A stretch of DNA of 64,000 bases from Carcharhinus amblyrhynchos (Eukaryota): positions 40,176,001 to 40,240,000 of the forward strand of contig OZ336883.1 of the NCBI GenBank assembly GCA_965287045.1. The letters run 5' to 3'. Shown one piece after another: positions 26,831 to 39,782 of this stretch; the stretch's first letter is position 1, and every line of letters begins with the position of its first letter. A program made the position numbers and the translations under genes. The notes under the pieces are model-generated. The model was not told the DNA's origin. It searched no databases and saw nothing but the letters and a program-made list of their open reading frames with translations.

Positions 26831-27507
26831 TTGCAGGGTACTCAGAAAAACAGGTAGATTTAACGTTGGGCCAGATTTAACTATTAGTTTTGATTTGGCA
26901 AAGAACTTATTCATCCAGTGCTTAAATTCCACTGTTTCAGCAATAGATGTAGCACTTTCCAATAAATACTGCAAAACTTGCTACAAAATCTTGCTTGCTT
27001 AAACTCTGACCAAATCCAGTGTACTTGTCTCAGCCTGTGGATAGGAGATGCCACAACAGCCTCCAATTTGTACAATCCCTATAGTCACCAGTGACTTAAA
27101 AGAAATTCGAACTTCCAATTGATACAGATAAAGGATGGTATGACAAGATTTTGTATTTCAAGACTTTTACTATAACAAACGGACTAATCGTACCATAGAA
27201 TAAAAAACTATTGTTGCAGGGAACTTATATTTTGCACTACAGAACTTTCCAATCTTACTTTCAACATAACCAAAAGCTCCCACTTACACAGTCCCTTAAG
27301 TAATCATTTAATTTTCCTGGACCCAATCCAAAGTAATCTTTAGCTCCCAAAGGTTTACTTCTATACTTTCCCTTCCTAACTTCTACACCTTTCACTGCAG
27401 ACTTGTCTTTTACATCAAAGGGGTTTCCTTGGTGATTCACCCTCCAGCCTCATTTTAAATCCTCACTAATTTGGTCTTTTGAATCTAATTGTGAAGTTCC
27501 ATTCTAC

Positions 27508-28454
27508 ATAACATAAGAACATAAGAACATAAGAAATAGGAGCAGGAGTAGGCCATCTGGCCCTTCGAGCCTGCCCCGCCATTCAATAAGATCATGGCTG
27601 ATCTGTCGTGGCTCAGTTCCACTTTCCCGCCCTCTCCCCATAACCCTTAATCCCCTCTCTTATCAAAAACCCATCAACCCGCTTCTTGAAAATATTTAGC
27701 GAGGCAGCCTCCACCACTTCAATGGGTAGAGAATTCCAGAGATTCACCACCCTTTGAGTGAAGAAGTTCCTCCTCAACTCTGTTCTAAAATGCCCCCCCT
27801 TTATCTTGAGGCTGTGCCCCCTAGTCCTACTGTCTTTTTTCAGTGGGAAGAGTCTCTCCACCTCTATCCTATCCATCCCATTCATCATCTTATACGTCTC
27901 AATGAGATCTCCCCTCATTCTTCTAAACTCCAACGAGTACAAGCCTAGTTTATTCAGCCTCTCCTCATAGTTCAACCCCCTCAACTCCGGTATCAGCCTA
28001 GTAAACCTCCTCTGCACTCCCTCCAAGGCCAAAATATCTTTGCGCAGGTGCGGCGCCCAAAACTGCACACAGTACTCCAGCTGCGGCCTCACCAATGCCC
28101 TATACAGCTGCAGCAAGACCTCCCTACTTTTATATTCAATCCCCTTCGCTATGAAGGCCAGCATCCCATTCGCCTTCCTGACCACATGCTGCACCTGCAA
28201 GCTGGGTTTTTGCGACTCATGCACAAGGACCCCGAGGTCCCTCTGCACCGTTGCCTGCTGCAGTTTTTCGCCCCATAAGTAATAGTCCTTCCTACCATTC
28301 TTCCTACCAAAGTGGACCACCTCACACTTGCCAACATTAAATTCCATTTGCCATTTCCTGGCCCATTCGCCCAGCCTATCTAGATCCTTCTGCAGACTCT
28401 CCACACCCTCCGCACAATTTGCCGTTCCCCCAATCTTGGTGTCATCCACAAATT
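27508..28454 (-). mobile_element. Young 5'-truncated CR1 with uninterrupted RT C-terminal ORF
   Basis: ORF 27613..28470 (FVDDTK...GYGERAGKWN) with no stops; tail of about three ttcttatg units. Confidence 0.96.
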
Positions 28455-30406
28455 CTCTGTGATGATTCATTGGGAATTTCAGCCTCCAGCTGTGCCCACT
28501 CTTCTAGATCCTGGCAGATTGCCAGTTTGTGTACTTCAGGATAGCTTCGAACCCCTTTTCCTCTGAAAATACATTTCTATGGCAGCATGAATCACAAGGG
28601 CTTTATATCCAGGTAGAAATGTTCATTAGCTATTTTTGAGACCCCAACTCTTTTTTAAATCTTGGAAGTAAATGGACAGTTTAAAGCATAACTGCTTACA
28701 ACCCAACATTGTCAACACCTTCTTGAGACTTTGGTGACAAGCTAGTTTCACCAGCATAAACAAATGCTGCTAACATTGTCTCCATTTTGAACTTCAGAAC
28801 AGGACACATTTTACCCTAAATTAGAGACATTCCTAAATTATAACCATCTTCTAAATCTCATAATTGTAGTAATAATGACTACTTGTGGAATAGAAAATCC
28901 ATCTGACAGCATCAGGAATTTACTAACAGATTTATGGAATACCTCAAGACCAAGATAATGGTGTCAGAAACGTCTGCTTTAAGATCCAATATTTTGATTG
29001 TAGGATATGATACCTACTTAGACATTTTTCCCCATTAGCAATTAAAAGCACACGAAGGACATTTAGATGGTAATATTTTAGAAAATCCATTTATAATTAT
29101 GTATGGCAATTTACAAAGATTAACTGTTTAAAATTAAAGTGGAGGGGATAAGCAGGGAATTTGGCAGTAGTTTGAATGCAGTTTGGAATTGTGGAATTGA
29201 CACCCAGGTACCAGAAATCTGATAATATAACATGCATCATACTTGTCATTAAAAATGAGCTGAGATTTAGATGTGAAGTATATTTTTCATAATGCTTCCT
29301 GTACAAATAGCAAAGAAGTCTAAATATATTCATGCAACTTAAAATTCATTTCATTAAACAATTTATTTAACCATTAATTTAGATACATGCACACAGTTTT
29401 AGAAAATGCTTGTTAGGCCCTTCTTAACAACTGCAGTAGCCAAACTTTACATTTCACATTGAAGTTCTAATTACAAGTTTAAACATAGCACTCCAGAGAA
29501 TATTCCATTTCATTTTAATTTCTTTTCCACATGCTATACAAAGACTATAAAATGATTCTTTAAAAAACTGATAGCAGTCGTGGCCACTTACAGTTTGAGA
29601 TTAACACTTAAAATTTTACATTTCAAATACTCAAAAGTCAGCTACAAAACAGTAGTTCTTACAAAAAAATCAATCTGAAATATTAACTCTGTTCTTCCCT
29701 CCACAGATGCTGCACAACCTGTTGACTGTTTTCAGAATTTTGTCTTTTTTTAAATACAGAACAGCAGCTACTGTACTGACTGTAAACGACAACATTTTTG
29801 ATTTCAGGGCACAAAGTTAATCATATTATTCGTACTTAGTTTTTATACATGCCATAATGGTCATTGAATGTGCTATAAAACCGGAAATGCTTTCAAGGTT
29901 ATACACCCACCACATTAAAAATAAATCAGCAGAATAACCGTTATTTACCCATTGTGACTTTTTTTGGAATAAACGTTAGCAGAATTTTCAAAGAGAAATA
30001 AATGTTGATTAAAAACTTTTCTTCAAATGTGCGGAGCAATTGACTGTAGTTATCAAAACATGCCATCTAAAGGTACAATGTGGAATTACAGTACTAGCTG
30101 TGGGAAAATGTTTGGAAAACTCAGTTCTTTCGTGAGCAGTTTTGGGATTCTGTAACTCATGTATTGATATTAAACAATATTAATATTAAACAATAGCTAA
30201 TTCTTACCAGCAATTACTTTAGTCATGGTTTCAGCTTTTGGCATCATTAAAATATATTTCGTAAGTTTGTTTTTTGTATAAAGCACACATCATTTTGTGC
30301 ATATTAAAATGGATTGTTTGTAGGGAAGCCACTTTAATTGGTTAGGAATCGTTTGTATATACAAATAATTATTCTTCTAAGGACTGGAAAATAACTAGAT
30401 GTTATT

Positions 30407-30522
30407 GGCTGGAACTCGACCACCCCGCCCACCACAGAATCGGAGTGGCGAGGGTCCGACAACGGAAATCTCCGTTGACCTCGGGCAGGAGTTTGCCTGA
30501 GCGCGACTGTAAAATCCCGCCC
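30407..30522. mobile_element. Short CpG-rich MITE-like element
   Basis: Imperfect terminal inverted repeats ggctggaa.../...aaatcccgccc within AT-rich DNA. Confidence 0.5.
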
Positions 30523-33500
30523 AACTTTTAAAGTTGTGTAAATTGATGATCGCCCAGCCTAACTGTACCCAAAAAAGAGGAAAAGACAAACAGAAAGGAA
30601 GCAAAAAAGTTTCTCAATTTTTCTGTAGCTAATATCATTAATGTAAGTGGGCAATCCAGATATTTCCCAATGTTGGACTGAGCCAAACCGATGTCCGAGC
30701 AGACATCTGACATAATAGCTCATCCCAAGTAAATTGAATGAGACACACTATATGCCAAAAGAGAAATTCAATAAAAAAGGTATTATTCTATTCTGATTGC
30801 ATTTTGTAATTTCTCCTAGATATTACAGGGAACAGACTGATCAAATTGCCAAAAGTTAGGCCTATCAAGATTTCCCTCAGAAACTTTGCAAATCTTTTAT
30901 TGCAATACTTTTATGGCCACTAGAGGTCTATCGAATTTGATGAATGCATTACAGTAGGGGCAAAGGTTATTTGGAGAGCACTTGACTAACTGGCCAGTAA
31001 CAGATTATACCTAGGATTGTACAGCACATTATTTCCGAAAAGACAAAGACAATCAGATGAGAGAACTTGGCTGAAACTGTTAACTGGCTCAGTTAACTTG
31101 TATTTTCCAAAATAGTCATGTGTTTTTCTAGCACACTAAACTGACTGAAATGTCTAGATTGACATGGTACAAAGTGTACCTTCAGATGTCTTTACTTTCT
31201 TTGACGAAGCTTCCCAATATAAAACTAGGTCACGAGGTTCCCTTTACTTTGAAACAAAATAGTAGTATGGAATCACTTCCAACAATAAAGTATTAAGTAT
31301 TGATTTTAAATTGTAAAACTTGAAGCAGGGGACAAAAAGATGCGTGGTCCCAGAATTACAATCTGTATACTTTACTCACTCCTTTTAAAACAGGGTCGCA
31401 ACTTAATATCAAAACAAAATTAAGCAAAGTTGTGAGAGGTCTTTATTACCAACAATATCAAAGGATCATTTTCTATGTTTACCATTTAATAAACAAGTGC
31501 ATTACTCAGGATAATAAGCCTTGCATACTGACTGTTCTCCACAGGCCCAAATAAAGCCTAATCCTCTAACAAATGAGGTTGAGTGAAAAAAGTTTTATGC
31601 CCTGAAAAATAAGTGTACAGGTATAGTTGAACAAATAGTTAATTCGTACAGTTTGAAGTCAGGGTGCCCAAAAGAGACAATCTTCTCATCTGAGTGAAGT
31701 GCTGCATTTAAGAAAGTAATCTCCAAGTCAAATGAAATTCTCCCACAACTTGGGCAGGAATTTTGAATAAGAGCAGAAGTCATTTTTATCTTCATTCCTT
31801 CAGAGAGAGTTGGTCAACCACAAAATCATGGAACAGATTTACTTGGCTGAGACAAAACCAGCATACAACAAATCTTCTGGAGTGCCAGTTTCAGATCAAA
31901 AGCAAACATGGACTCAAAAAGGATACAAGAGCTTATGGAATGTCAGGTTTAAGTTTCATGTCAAAAACAGCAGCAGCTCTGAGGTGCTGTGTAAACTTAA
32001 AAGATCACACAATAGCTGACATAGTTATCCTTTATCGGGTAGAAGTAACAGGTACAAAACAGCCACTACACTGCAATGGAGACCAACTTCTTTCTCCCAT
32101 CTAACAAGCTTCCCAACATAGAAGTTTGAGTTAACTCACTCTAATTGAAGTATCAAAGGGCAAATGCCTTCCATTTCATTTAGGAGCCTTTCAGTGGCAG
32201 AACCCATAGCAAACTTTCCCAATTAGGGAGATCCAACTGGACAGAAGTGTGCAAGCTTGGCCACTACACTTCAATCCAATTCTCTCTAAAGCATAGATTG
32301 GTTAAAGGAATGTACATGTAATCTTTTGATATGGTGCTACTATAAATATTTGTTGAAGACCAAGCACAGTAGATGAATAAAAACGTAGCACCTTATGTTT
32401 TAAACTGTTGTTTATCAATTAAAACTGCAGACATTTTCTGGGAGTACACTAGCCAGTCAAATGTACATGGAACTTTGCAGCACAGAATACATTTTCCCCT
32501 TAGTCCCATTGCTCTTCCTTTCCTCCAGATCCTTTAAAACGTTCCACATTAATTATCCACTTCATTTACAAAAGTGATGAAGAATTCTGCTTCCATTACT
32601 GTACCTGGAAGCACCATCACATCCTAACAACCCTGTGCATAACAAAATAATTCCTCATCTCCATTCTTTTGATAATAGTCTAAACTTAAGATTGCTATAA
32701 CCGACAACCAAACTTCACAGCCAAAGCCATGATTTTTAGAGCCGAATCGCCCCTTCAAGTTATCCAGAATACTGGCCAAAGCTCACTTTCTATTCTGAGT
32801 AAAATGAAGCATCAACTTGTTTTAATAATCCAACTCAATATATCGAAACATTCCAAAGTGATTTACAGAGGGACAAACAAAACATTGGCTGCTGATCCAA
32901 AGGAAGTCGGTGAAAAAAGATGGTGCTAAAAGTAGAATAAGTCTAGGGACAGAATGGCAGACTGTGGTTGCCCATGAATAGTGTACTTACACATTGGCAG
33001 CATGGTGGAGCGAAGGAGAGGGAAAGCGTGCATCAGTCCAGAATTAAAGAAACAGTGTGTTTGGGAAAGAAGCAAGCTTAGGGCAGGATGAAATGACAAG
33101 GAAGCCAAGGTAGGTCATGAAGGACTGCAAGAGGAATAAAGCTTCATGTGGAAAAGAATAAAGGTTGCAGACTTTTGGATGAGCTAAGGTTTACAAAAAG
33201 GAGCCCATGTTTTTGCTGTGGGGTGGGATTTAGAAATTTCAGTGCCAAATGTGATGCATCAAGTTTATGGGGCTATTATGGAGAGGGCAGCAGGTGGTCA
33301 TGATGATAGAGAAGATATGGGATTGGTAGCTCTGTTTGAAGTAAAATAGGATTTGATAGCTACAGTCTTGTTCAGCTTGTGTGAGCGATGAAGGGCATAG
33401 GTGATGTGACAGGGACAGAAGGTAATGGCTTTGAGCTTCCCAGTGTTATCCAGAAGATATTATACAGCTATTATCAGTTTCTCTGACATCTAGAGAGCCA

Positions 33501-33974
33501 AGTACTTTCAGTGCACGTGTGGAAGCCGAGGAGGATGTCACCAAAAGGCTGCAGGTAAAAGAGGAGGAGGAAGCCAAGAATAGATCTCTGTGGGTAAGTA
33601 GGCATAACACTTTTCTCCAAGCCTTCGGGTACTTTTTTTAAAGCACGACTGTGTCACAAACATTCTACTTCTTTTAGTCGCATGCAACGGGTAAACAACT
33701 CATGGCACAATGCACAGCAACATTAGAAGCAGCTTTACTAAGCTTATTATTTGTCACATTCACCCCCAAGTGATGGAATCACACTGATTAGTAAATACAA
33801 GTGTAAAAAACAGATTACATTCCTGTTGTGTCTTACTATACCACCTAAACCCCTAAAGTGCTCCTAATATAAATAACTTTGACTAACAGGGCCTGCTAGG
33901 TCAATAAGAATTAAGTGAGGGAAAAGCTATTTGTTTCAAAATCTGAAAGCAAGTCATTTGTAGAACATGATTTC

Positions 33975-34137
33975 TCATAATCCTACTGTACAGAAGGCCA
34001 TTTGGCTATCAAATCTGCACCAACCAGAATCCCACCCAGATCCTCTCTCATAACCCCATGTTTCACCCTAGCTAGTCCTCCTGACACCAAAGGGTAAGTT
34101 AGCATGGCCAATCAACCTAACCCGCACATCTTTTAAC

Positions 34138-34170
<33 letters not shown>

Positions 34171-34180
34171 GAACCGGAGC
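33975..34180 (-). mobile_element. Truncated V-SINE containing a poly-G30 tract (34140-34169)
   Basis: SINE tail and V-domain remnant; G-run read directly. Confidence 0.75.
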
Positions 34181-36327
34181 ATTTACCAGAGTTTTCACAA
34201 ACTACAGCTACACTAAAATAGTAACATTGCAGAGCTGCTGTCGGAGGTTGAAGCCAAAATGTGAAATGATCTATGGTTCTGATCATCCACAGGAGGGGGA
34301 GGGGGGGGGGGGTGGAGAGAAATATGCTACAAATGCAGCCTTATATCACTTATTAAATTCATAATCAGTATGAATCAGTGTGTTTACAATCATGTCTGCA
34401 CATTGAAGATCATGTTCTCAAGGTTTATCTGGCTTCATCATACCTCATTGCCTAAAGTTCTCTGACCTTTGGTGCTGGCCCACAGCTTTAGCTACGGGTT
34501 CTTTTGACATCAGCTTAGTCCAACTTTCAAACAAAAGGCTGCAACTCTATCGCATATTTCCATTAATCCAAAGCTCATTTGAATAAGTCATTCCAATTAA
34601 GCAATTTTAGCGAAAGGAGGAAGTTTAATTCAGATTCAACAACTTTAAGAATTTACCCTTAAAATTGTTTTAAGAAGTTTACTCTTAAATTAAAGGGTAA
34701 ACTTCTAGAACTACTACATGTCTCTGAGTCAAAGATTGTAACGAGGATACATTTCCAGCCTACACTGCATTACTCCCACTAATTCCAATATACCTGTTGT
34801 TAAGTGGCCTGGCAAGGAAGTCAAATATGGGGGAAATCAAACATATCATATTCAATAAATTAATTTCAGAAAACTCAAGACAGAAATGAACCTCAGTAGG
34901 TTTGACTTTCCTCCTCTTCAGCGAGTTTTCTTGCCTTTAAACAATATTAGATTTGCAGCCATCAGGAGGTTTAGAAGTTATATAATGAAAAATCATGTCT
35001 GGTTACCACGACAAGTGGCATTTCAAATATTAAAACCATTTGTCCTGACCATTGAAGAACTGTTTAAATTGGATAACTTCTCTTTCCACTGTATATAGAT
35101 AACAACATCCAGGATTATTGACAATAATAGAAATAAAGAGAAATACTTCACTACGTTGTATAAGGGGGCGATTGCAGTTTAATGATGAGAAAGCAACCTT
35201 TACAATTTAACCATCAGTGGAAGAATTCTTCAGTTTTCCACCACTCATCATTTGTAACTCTTTGCTCTTCATAAAGAGGAGGAAATACTGCACAGGATGC
35301 ATGCGAAGAAAATTATAGTTAATACAACCTTTTGGAAATAATGCAAAATCAAATTCTAGAACGTCAAAAAATACAAAATGTAAAAAATTCTGACCATTTG
35401 TTTATAGTACTTTGAGTCACATTGATGAACAAGATTTGCTCAGAGAACAATTAAATTATCTCCAAAATAATTTGAGTTTTTTTGCAATTACTGATGATTA
35501 TGGCAAAGATGATTAAAACTCACTCACTTTAAGAGACAGAAATGCATTCCCCCATTAACTTAGAAGAGCAATGACATTCAATTCTTCTTTCTCCTTTAGT
35601 AATTTTATTACCACAGCAGAGAACAGCAACATCAACACCAGAGATGGCAAAGGTAATATGTAGTTCATCAATACTAAAGCTAAGTTAATTTACATAGGAA
35701 TGGCATAACAGTGATACATTGCAACTTCCTCAATCCTTAGCCCATTTCCAGACCAACAAAATAACCCATGAAGCAATAACTATGTTCGATATGCCAAAGC
35801 ACCTGCTGTAGCTGTTTAATCAAAGACCTGTATAAACAAATATACTCCTATTAATATAGTGTTACATCTGTGTACAGCAAGAGGAAATAAATCCATTATA
35901 CCTGGATAAAACACTGTACATTTTCTTCAAACAAGTGTTTATAGAACTGAGCTTTAAACTTATTCAGTGCTTCAACAACCTCCCTGATTGTATTTAGTTA
36001 TGAACGTAAATTTTGTAACATATGCAAAACTTGAATAACGTTAGTAGCTTCTGATAGGTTCAGCTCCAGATAATGTTAGAGCATAAATTGTGCAAAAATA
36101 TGACTGTTTAGCTTGGATTAACTCAGCCTCTGTTTTTAATGAAACACAGTTCAATAATGGCTGCCTTTTAATGATGTCACAAATATCCCAAATATATTTG
36201 TAAATGGCTATCTAACAGGAGTTGGAATGCCCTGTACTTAAAGCTTCCAAAGTTCCAAACAGCCTAAGCTCGAAAAGTCCAGCACATCAAGCTCGACACT
36301 ATATTCTGCTTTCAAAAATCAAGGATT

Positions 36328-36516
36328 TCAGCTGAAGTGACGACCAAGGCGTGCTGATCTGTAGTCGGACCGTAACTGCACAAAGGCATGAAGGATGTTC
36401 TTGTCAAGATTAGTCAGATGCTCTCCAGAACAGACCTGCTTAAGGTTGTCAGGTGCTACTACCAGGAGATTACAGAGTGCATGTAGCGTGTCAAAAAGTT
36501 GCAACACCAAGGGAAT
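36328..36516 (-). CDS. EXOC5: EXOC5 terminal coding exon IPLVLQLFDTLHALCNLLVVAPDNLKQ...RSARLGRHFS-stop
   Basis: ORF 36328..36543 matches the recalled EXOC5 C-terminus (RHFS*). Acceptor cttacag. Confidence 0.97.
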   Translation of the reverse strand: MPLVLQLFDTLHALCNLLVVAPDNLKQVCSGEHLTNLDKNILHAFVQLRSDYRSARLGRHFS

Positions 36517-36737
36517 CTGTAAGGAAAAGGAGAAAACTTGCAATTAAACAAGGAGTTTTAAGTCTAGAGAGAGCAAATCACATCTTTGGGGAAAAAAAAT
36601 TTATAATCTGAAGGATACAGAAGACATGTGACCAAAGTGGTTTGGACAAAAAAATTTGTTCTCTCTTCCCCAAGAGAAATCCACAACCTGGAATCATTTC
36701 TGGGAAACAAACTTTTTAGATTTGGTGATGATTAAGC

Positions 36738-37060
36738 ATAGAATCATAGAATCTGTACAATGCAGGAGGCCATTTGGCCCATCAAGTGCAGCAACCACAA
36801 TCCCACCAAGGCCCTATCCCTGTAAACCTACATATTCCCCCATGCTAATCGCCCTGATACTCGGGTCAATTTAATATGGCCAATCCACCTAACCCACACA
36901 TCTTTGGACTGTGGGAGGAAACCAGAGCACCCAGAGGAAACCCACACAGACATAGGGAGAATGTGCAAACTCCACAGACAATAACCCGAGGTAGGAATTG
37001 AACCCAGGGCCCTGGCGCTGTGAGGCAGCAGTGCTAACTACTGTGCTTCCATGCCGCCCC
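36738..37060 (-). mobile_element. Full-length HE1/V-SINE-like SINE in the last EXOC5 intron
   Basis: ggggcggcatggaagcacagtagttagc head; ctatgattctatg tail. Confidence 0.88.
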
Positions 37061-37070
37061 AAAAACGGGA

Positions 37071-37142
37071 TAGCAGAGAATGGTTTCAATCCATAGACCT
37101 CAGGGTTATGGGCTCAGCATGTTTCCACTGCGCCACTCTGCT
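37071..37142 (-). tRNA. Initiator tRNA-Met(CAT) copy, probably a pseudogene
   Basis: 72 nt AGCAGAGTGGCGCAGTGGAAACATGCTGAGCCCATAACCCTGAGGTCTATGGATTGAAACCATTCTCTGCTA; 64/72 identical to recalled vertebrate tRNA-iMet; T5 starts 5 nt downstream. Confidence 0.85.
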
Positions 37143-37609
37143 ATATGATTGAGAAGTGCTGACAGAAGAGTGCAATAGCAAACACATAATAGTGCACTTT
37201 ACATTTAAGTATAGATGAATACAGTAGTGAATCTCTTGTGGAGCTTGTGATAAGTTGCAGGATTTCTTTTTAGCAAGGGCAAAATGTTACAACATGAATC
37301 ATAGCACATACAATTCTGCTAATGAACATTGTATTCTTCAGATTACTTGGATAAACAAGGGGCAAGCTGAGAAAAGTCTCTCTTATGAAGTTAATAGCAA
37401 AGTTTTTCAAGAAATTTGGTACAGAAAAACCCTGGCCAGTTTCAAGTTTTCATTGACAAGAAGTTGTGATGTCTGGTGCATTAATGCACCAGCTTTTTGA
37501 AAGCTGATTTGTTTAAGATATGCAAATAAAAGATGTTTACAGAAATATTAAAATATTTCAATAGTTAAGTTGTGAAAATAGAATATCAGATTCTGGCTGA
37601 TTCAGTCTG

Positions 37610-38240
37610 TTTCTGGTCAATGATAACCTCCCAGATGTTAATAGTGGGGGATACAGCAATGATAAAGCCACTGAATGCCAAAGGAGTGGTGGTCAGATTC
37701 TCTCTTCTTGGTAAAGGTCATTGTCTGGCACCAGTGTTATTGGTCACTTATCAGCCCAGCCTGAATGGTGTCCAGGTCTTGCTGCATATGGACACTGACT
37801 GCTTCAGTATGCAAAGAGTCACAAATACTGCTGAACAGTGCACAATCATCTGCAAACATACCCTTTTGACCATATGATAGAAAGAACATCATTGAAACAA
37901 CTGAAGATGGTTGGGCCTGGGACATTGCAGCAAGAATGTCTCAGGACTGAGATGACTGACTTCCAAAATTCACAATTATCTTTTCTTGTACAAGGTATGA
38001 CTCTGACCACTTGAGACTGTTCCAACTGATTCCCCTTGACCTCAGTTTTACTCGGGATCTTCTATGTTACACATAGTCAAAAGCTGCCTTGATGTCAAGA
38101 GCAGTCACTCTCACCTCACCAGTTCAGTTCATGTCCATGTCTGGACCAAGACTGTAATAAGGTCAGGTGCTGAGTGGTTCTGGCAGAATCTAAACAGAGT
38201 CAGTGAGCAGATTATTGGTGAGTAAATGCACTTGATAGCA
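37610..38240 (-). mobile_element. L2/CR1-clade LINE RT fragment
   Basis: GMFADDCALFSSI..MQQDLDTIQA in ORF 37737..37925. Confidence 0.8.
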
Positions 38241-38279
38241 GAATATATTCCACTTTCCATGACTTTTCTTAGATGCTAC

Positions 38280-38690
38280 ATTCTATCCATTTTCTTGTGT
38301 GCCTCAGAAACAGGACAATAAATAAAGATCAGCTTCAGTAAATAGAGGCCTTCGAAGTGTGGATGCTAAAACATATGCTTAAAATTCCCTACAGAGACCG
38401 TTAACAATTGAAATTGGAAGAACAAAAAGAACTCTTAAAAGTGACATCCAGAAACAAAGTTAGTATTTCTGCCTTTGGTCAGAGATGAAAAGTTAACAGC
38501 GATTTCTTCTAGAGGGCGAAGTGGCAGACAGAAGGGAGAGAAGTCCACCTAGGCATAGGATGATGGGATCAGACAGCTATTATACAAGAGCCACAATGGA
38601 TTTGTAAGCATGGCACCAGACAGATGTGAGAGATATACAATGTCAGCAGTTCTCCTGGTAGGAGTAGCTACAAGCAATACAGGATAGAAG
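38280..38690 (+). mobile_element. Old RTE-like LINE 3' remnant
   Basis: IEAFEVWMLKHMLKIP motif; LLEGEV. Confidence 0.55.
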
Positions 38691-39566
38691 GATTTGAATA
38701 AGTTACATATCAGGCAAAAGTCTGTCACCTTAAGAGAAAAAAATCCACCATTAGCTTTTCAGCAACTTCATACTTCTATAAATACACAGTTTCATTTTCT
38801 TCTGTTGTATTTATAATGATTTCAAAAGTATACTGTAATAACAAAATAAAGTATTGACTTATTTTGATTCAATACTTCACATTTCTATATATATTTCTTG
38901 TTGTAAATCCCTCATATCAGCCTGATATGCAAGACCATCTGGTGATACAAGTATAAAACTGCTTCAATTAATTTACTGAAAATGGGGCAGCTCTGTCTGA
39001 TCTTCAATTTTGAATATGGATTTGCTGAATGTCTGCATGGATGCATTTAACTACTTTACATAAATAATTTTCTATGATTGCTGATTTACAAGCAAACAGG
39101 TGTTTGGATTAAAGGCTTTTGGGCAACCAAAATTTTAGGTGCTAATGTAATATACTCCTAACAACACTGCATGACTTCTGACCAATTAAAAAGAACCCTT
39201 ACAATTTATTATTATTCAGTAAAAGGCAGTGCTAACTACCAAAGTAGACAGTAATGAAAATTCCAATAAATTTAATAGAACATACATCTATGTAAGTTAA
39301 TATGGGGAAGGTATTCTAAAACTAAACTGTTCATTATTATTAGAAGCCACTTTTCTACGAGATTTGCATTGTGTTGGGGGGGAGGGGGGAGAGAGAGAGA
39401 AATTGTCAAGAGTAAATACCAAAATTTAAGTTTTAAAAAAAAAGTTTCCATACGCAACCGAATTATTTAATTTGAATTCAGAGAGAAGAAAATGGTACAT
39501 AATCAAAGGCAGTGAAAAGTACAAGACATGTTGAGACAATAAGTTAATATTAAGTGTATACAACAC

Positions 39567-39782
39567 CTTAAATTCTTTGGCACACTTCCGATATTCAGCT
39601 ACATCACAGATAGCCAGCATGCCACCCATTGAACTGTAAGTATACTGCTGAAGGTGCTCGTGAATTAGACGATGGAAGCGAACTCCAAATTCTGTTAGAA
39701 CAGTATCCACATTCTTTCCATCCATTGAATTTCGATTTTTTTCTACTTGCTTTCGAACATAGCCACAGACTTTGACACAAGC
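39567..39782 (-). CDS. EXOC5: EXOC5 penultimate coding exon ACVKVCGYVRKQVEK...SMDGKNVDTVL...EYRKCAKEFK
   Basis: Overlaps ORF 39426..39725. Acceptor gggtag, donor AAG|gtgttg. 216 nt, phase 0-0. Confidence 0.95.

Larger units (their letters stand above)
29345..36327 (-). other. EXOC5: Putative long EXOC5 3'UTR (distal end uncertain)
   Basis: AT-rich, relatively TE-poor sequence after the stop. Minus-strand AATAAA candidates at 29362-29367, ~30896-30901 and ~31442-31447. Confidence 0.45.

Noticed and set aside
27613-28470. Intact 285-aa ORF as a host or domesticated gene
   Set aside because: It is the RT C-terminus of a young multi-copy CR1; the start codon lies in flanking DNA.
34140-34169. 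Poly-G30 tract
   Set aside because: Expansion inside a SINE or a homopolymer sequencing artefact; no further structure.
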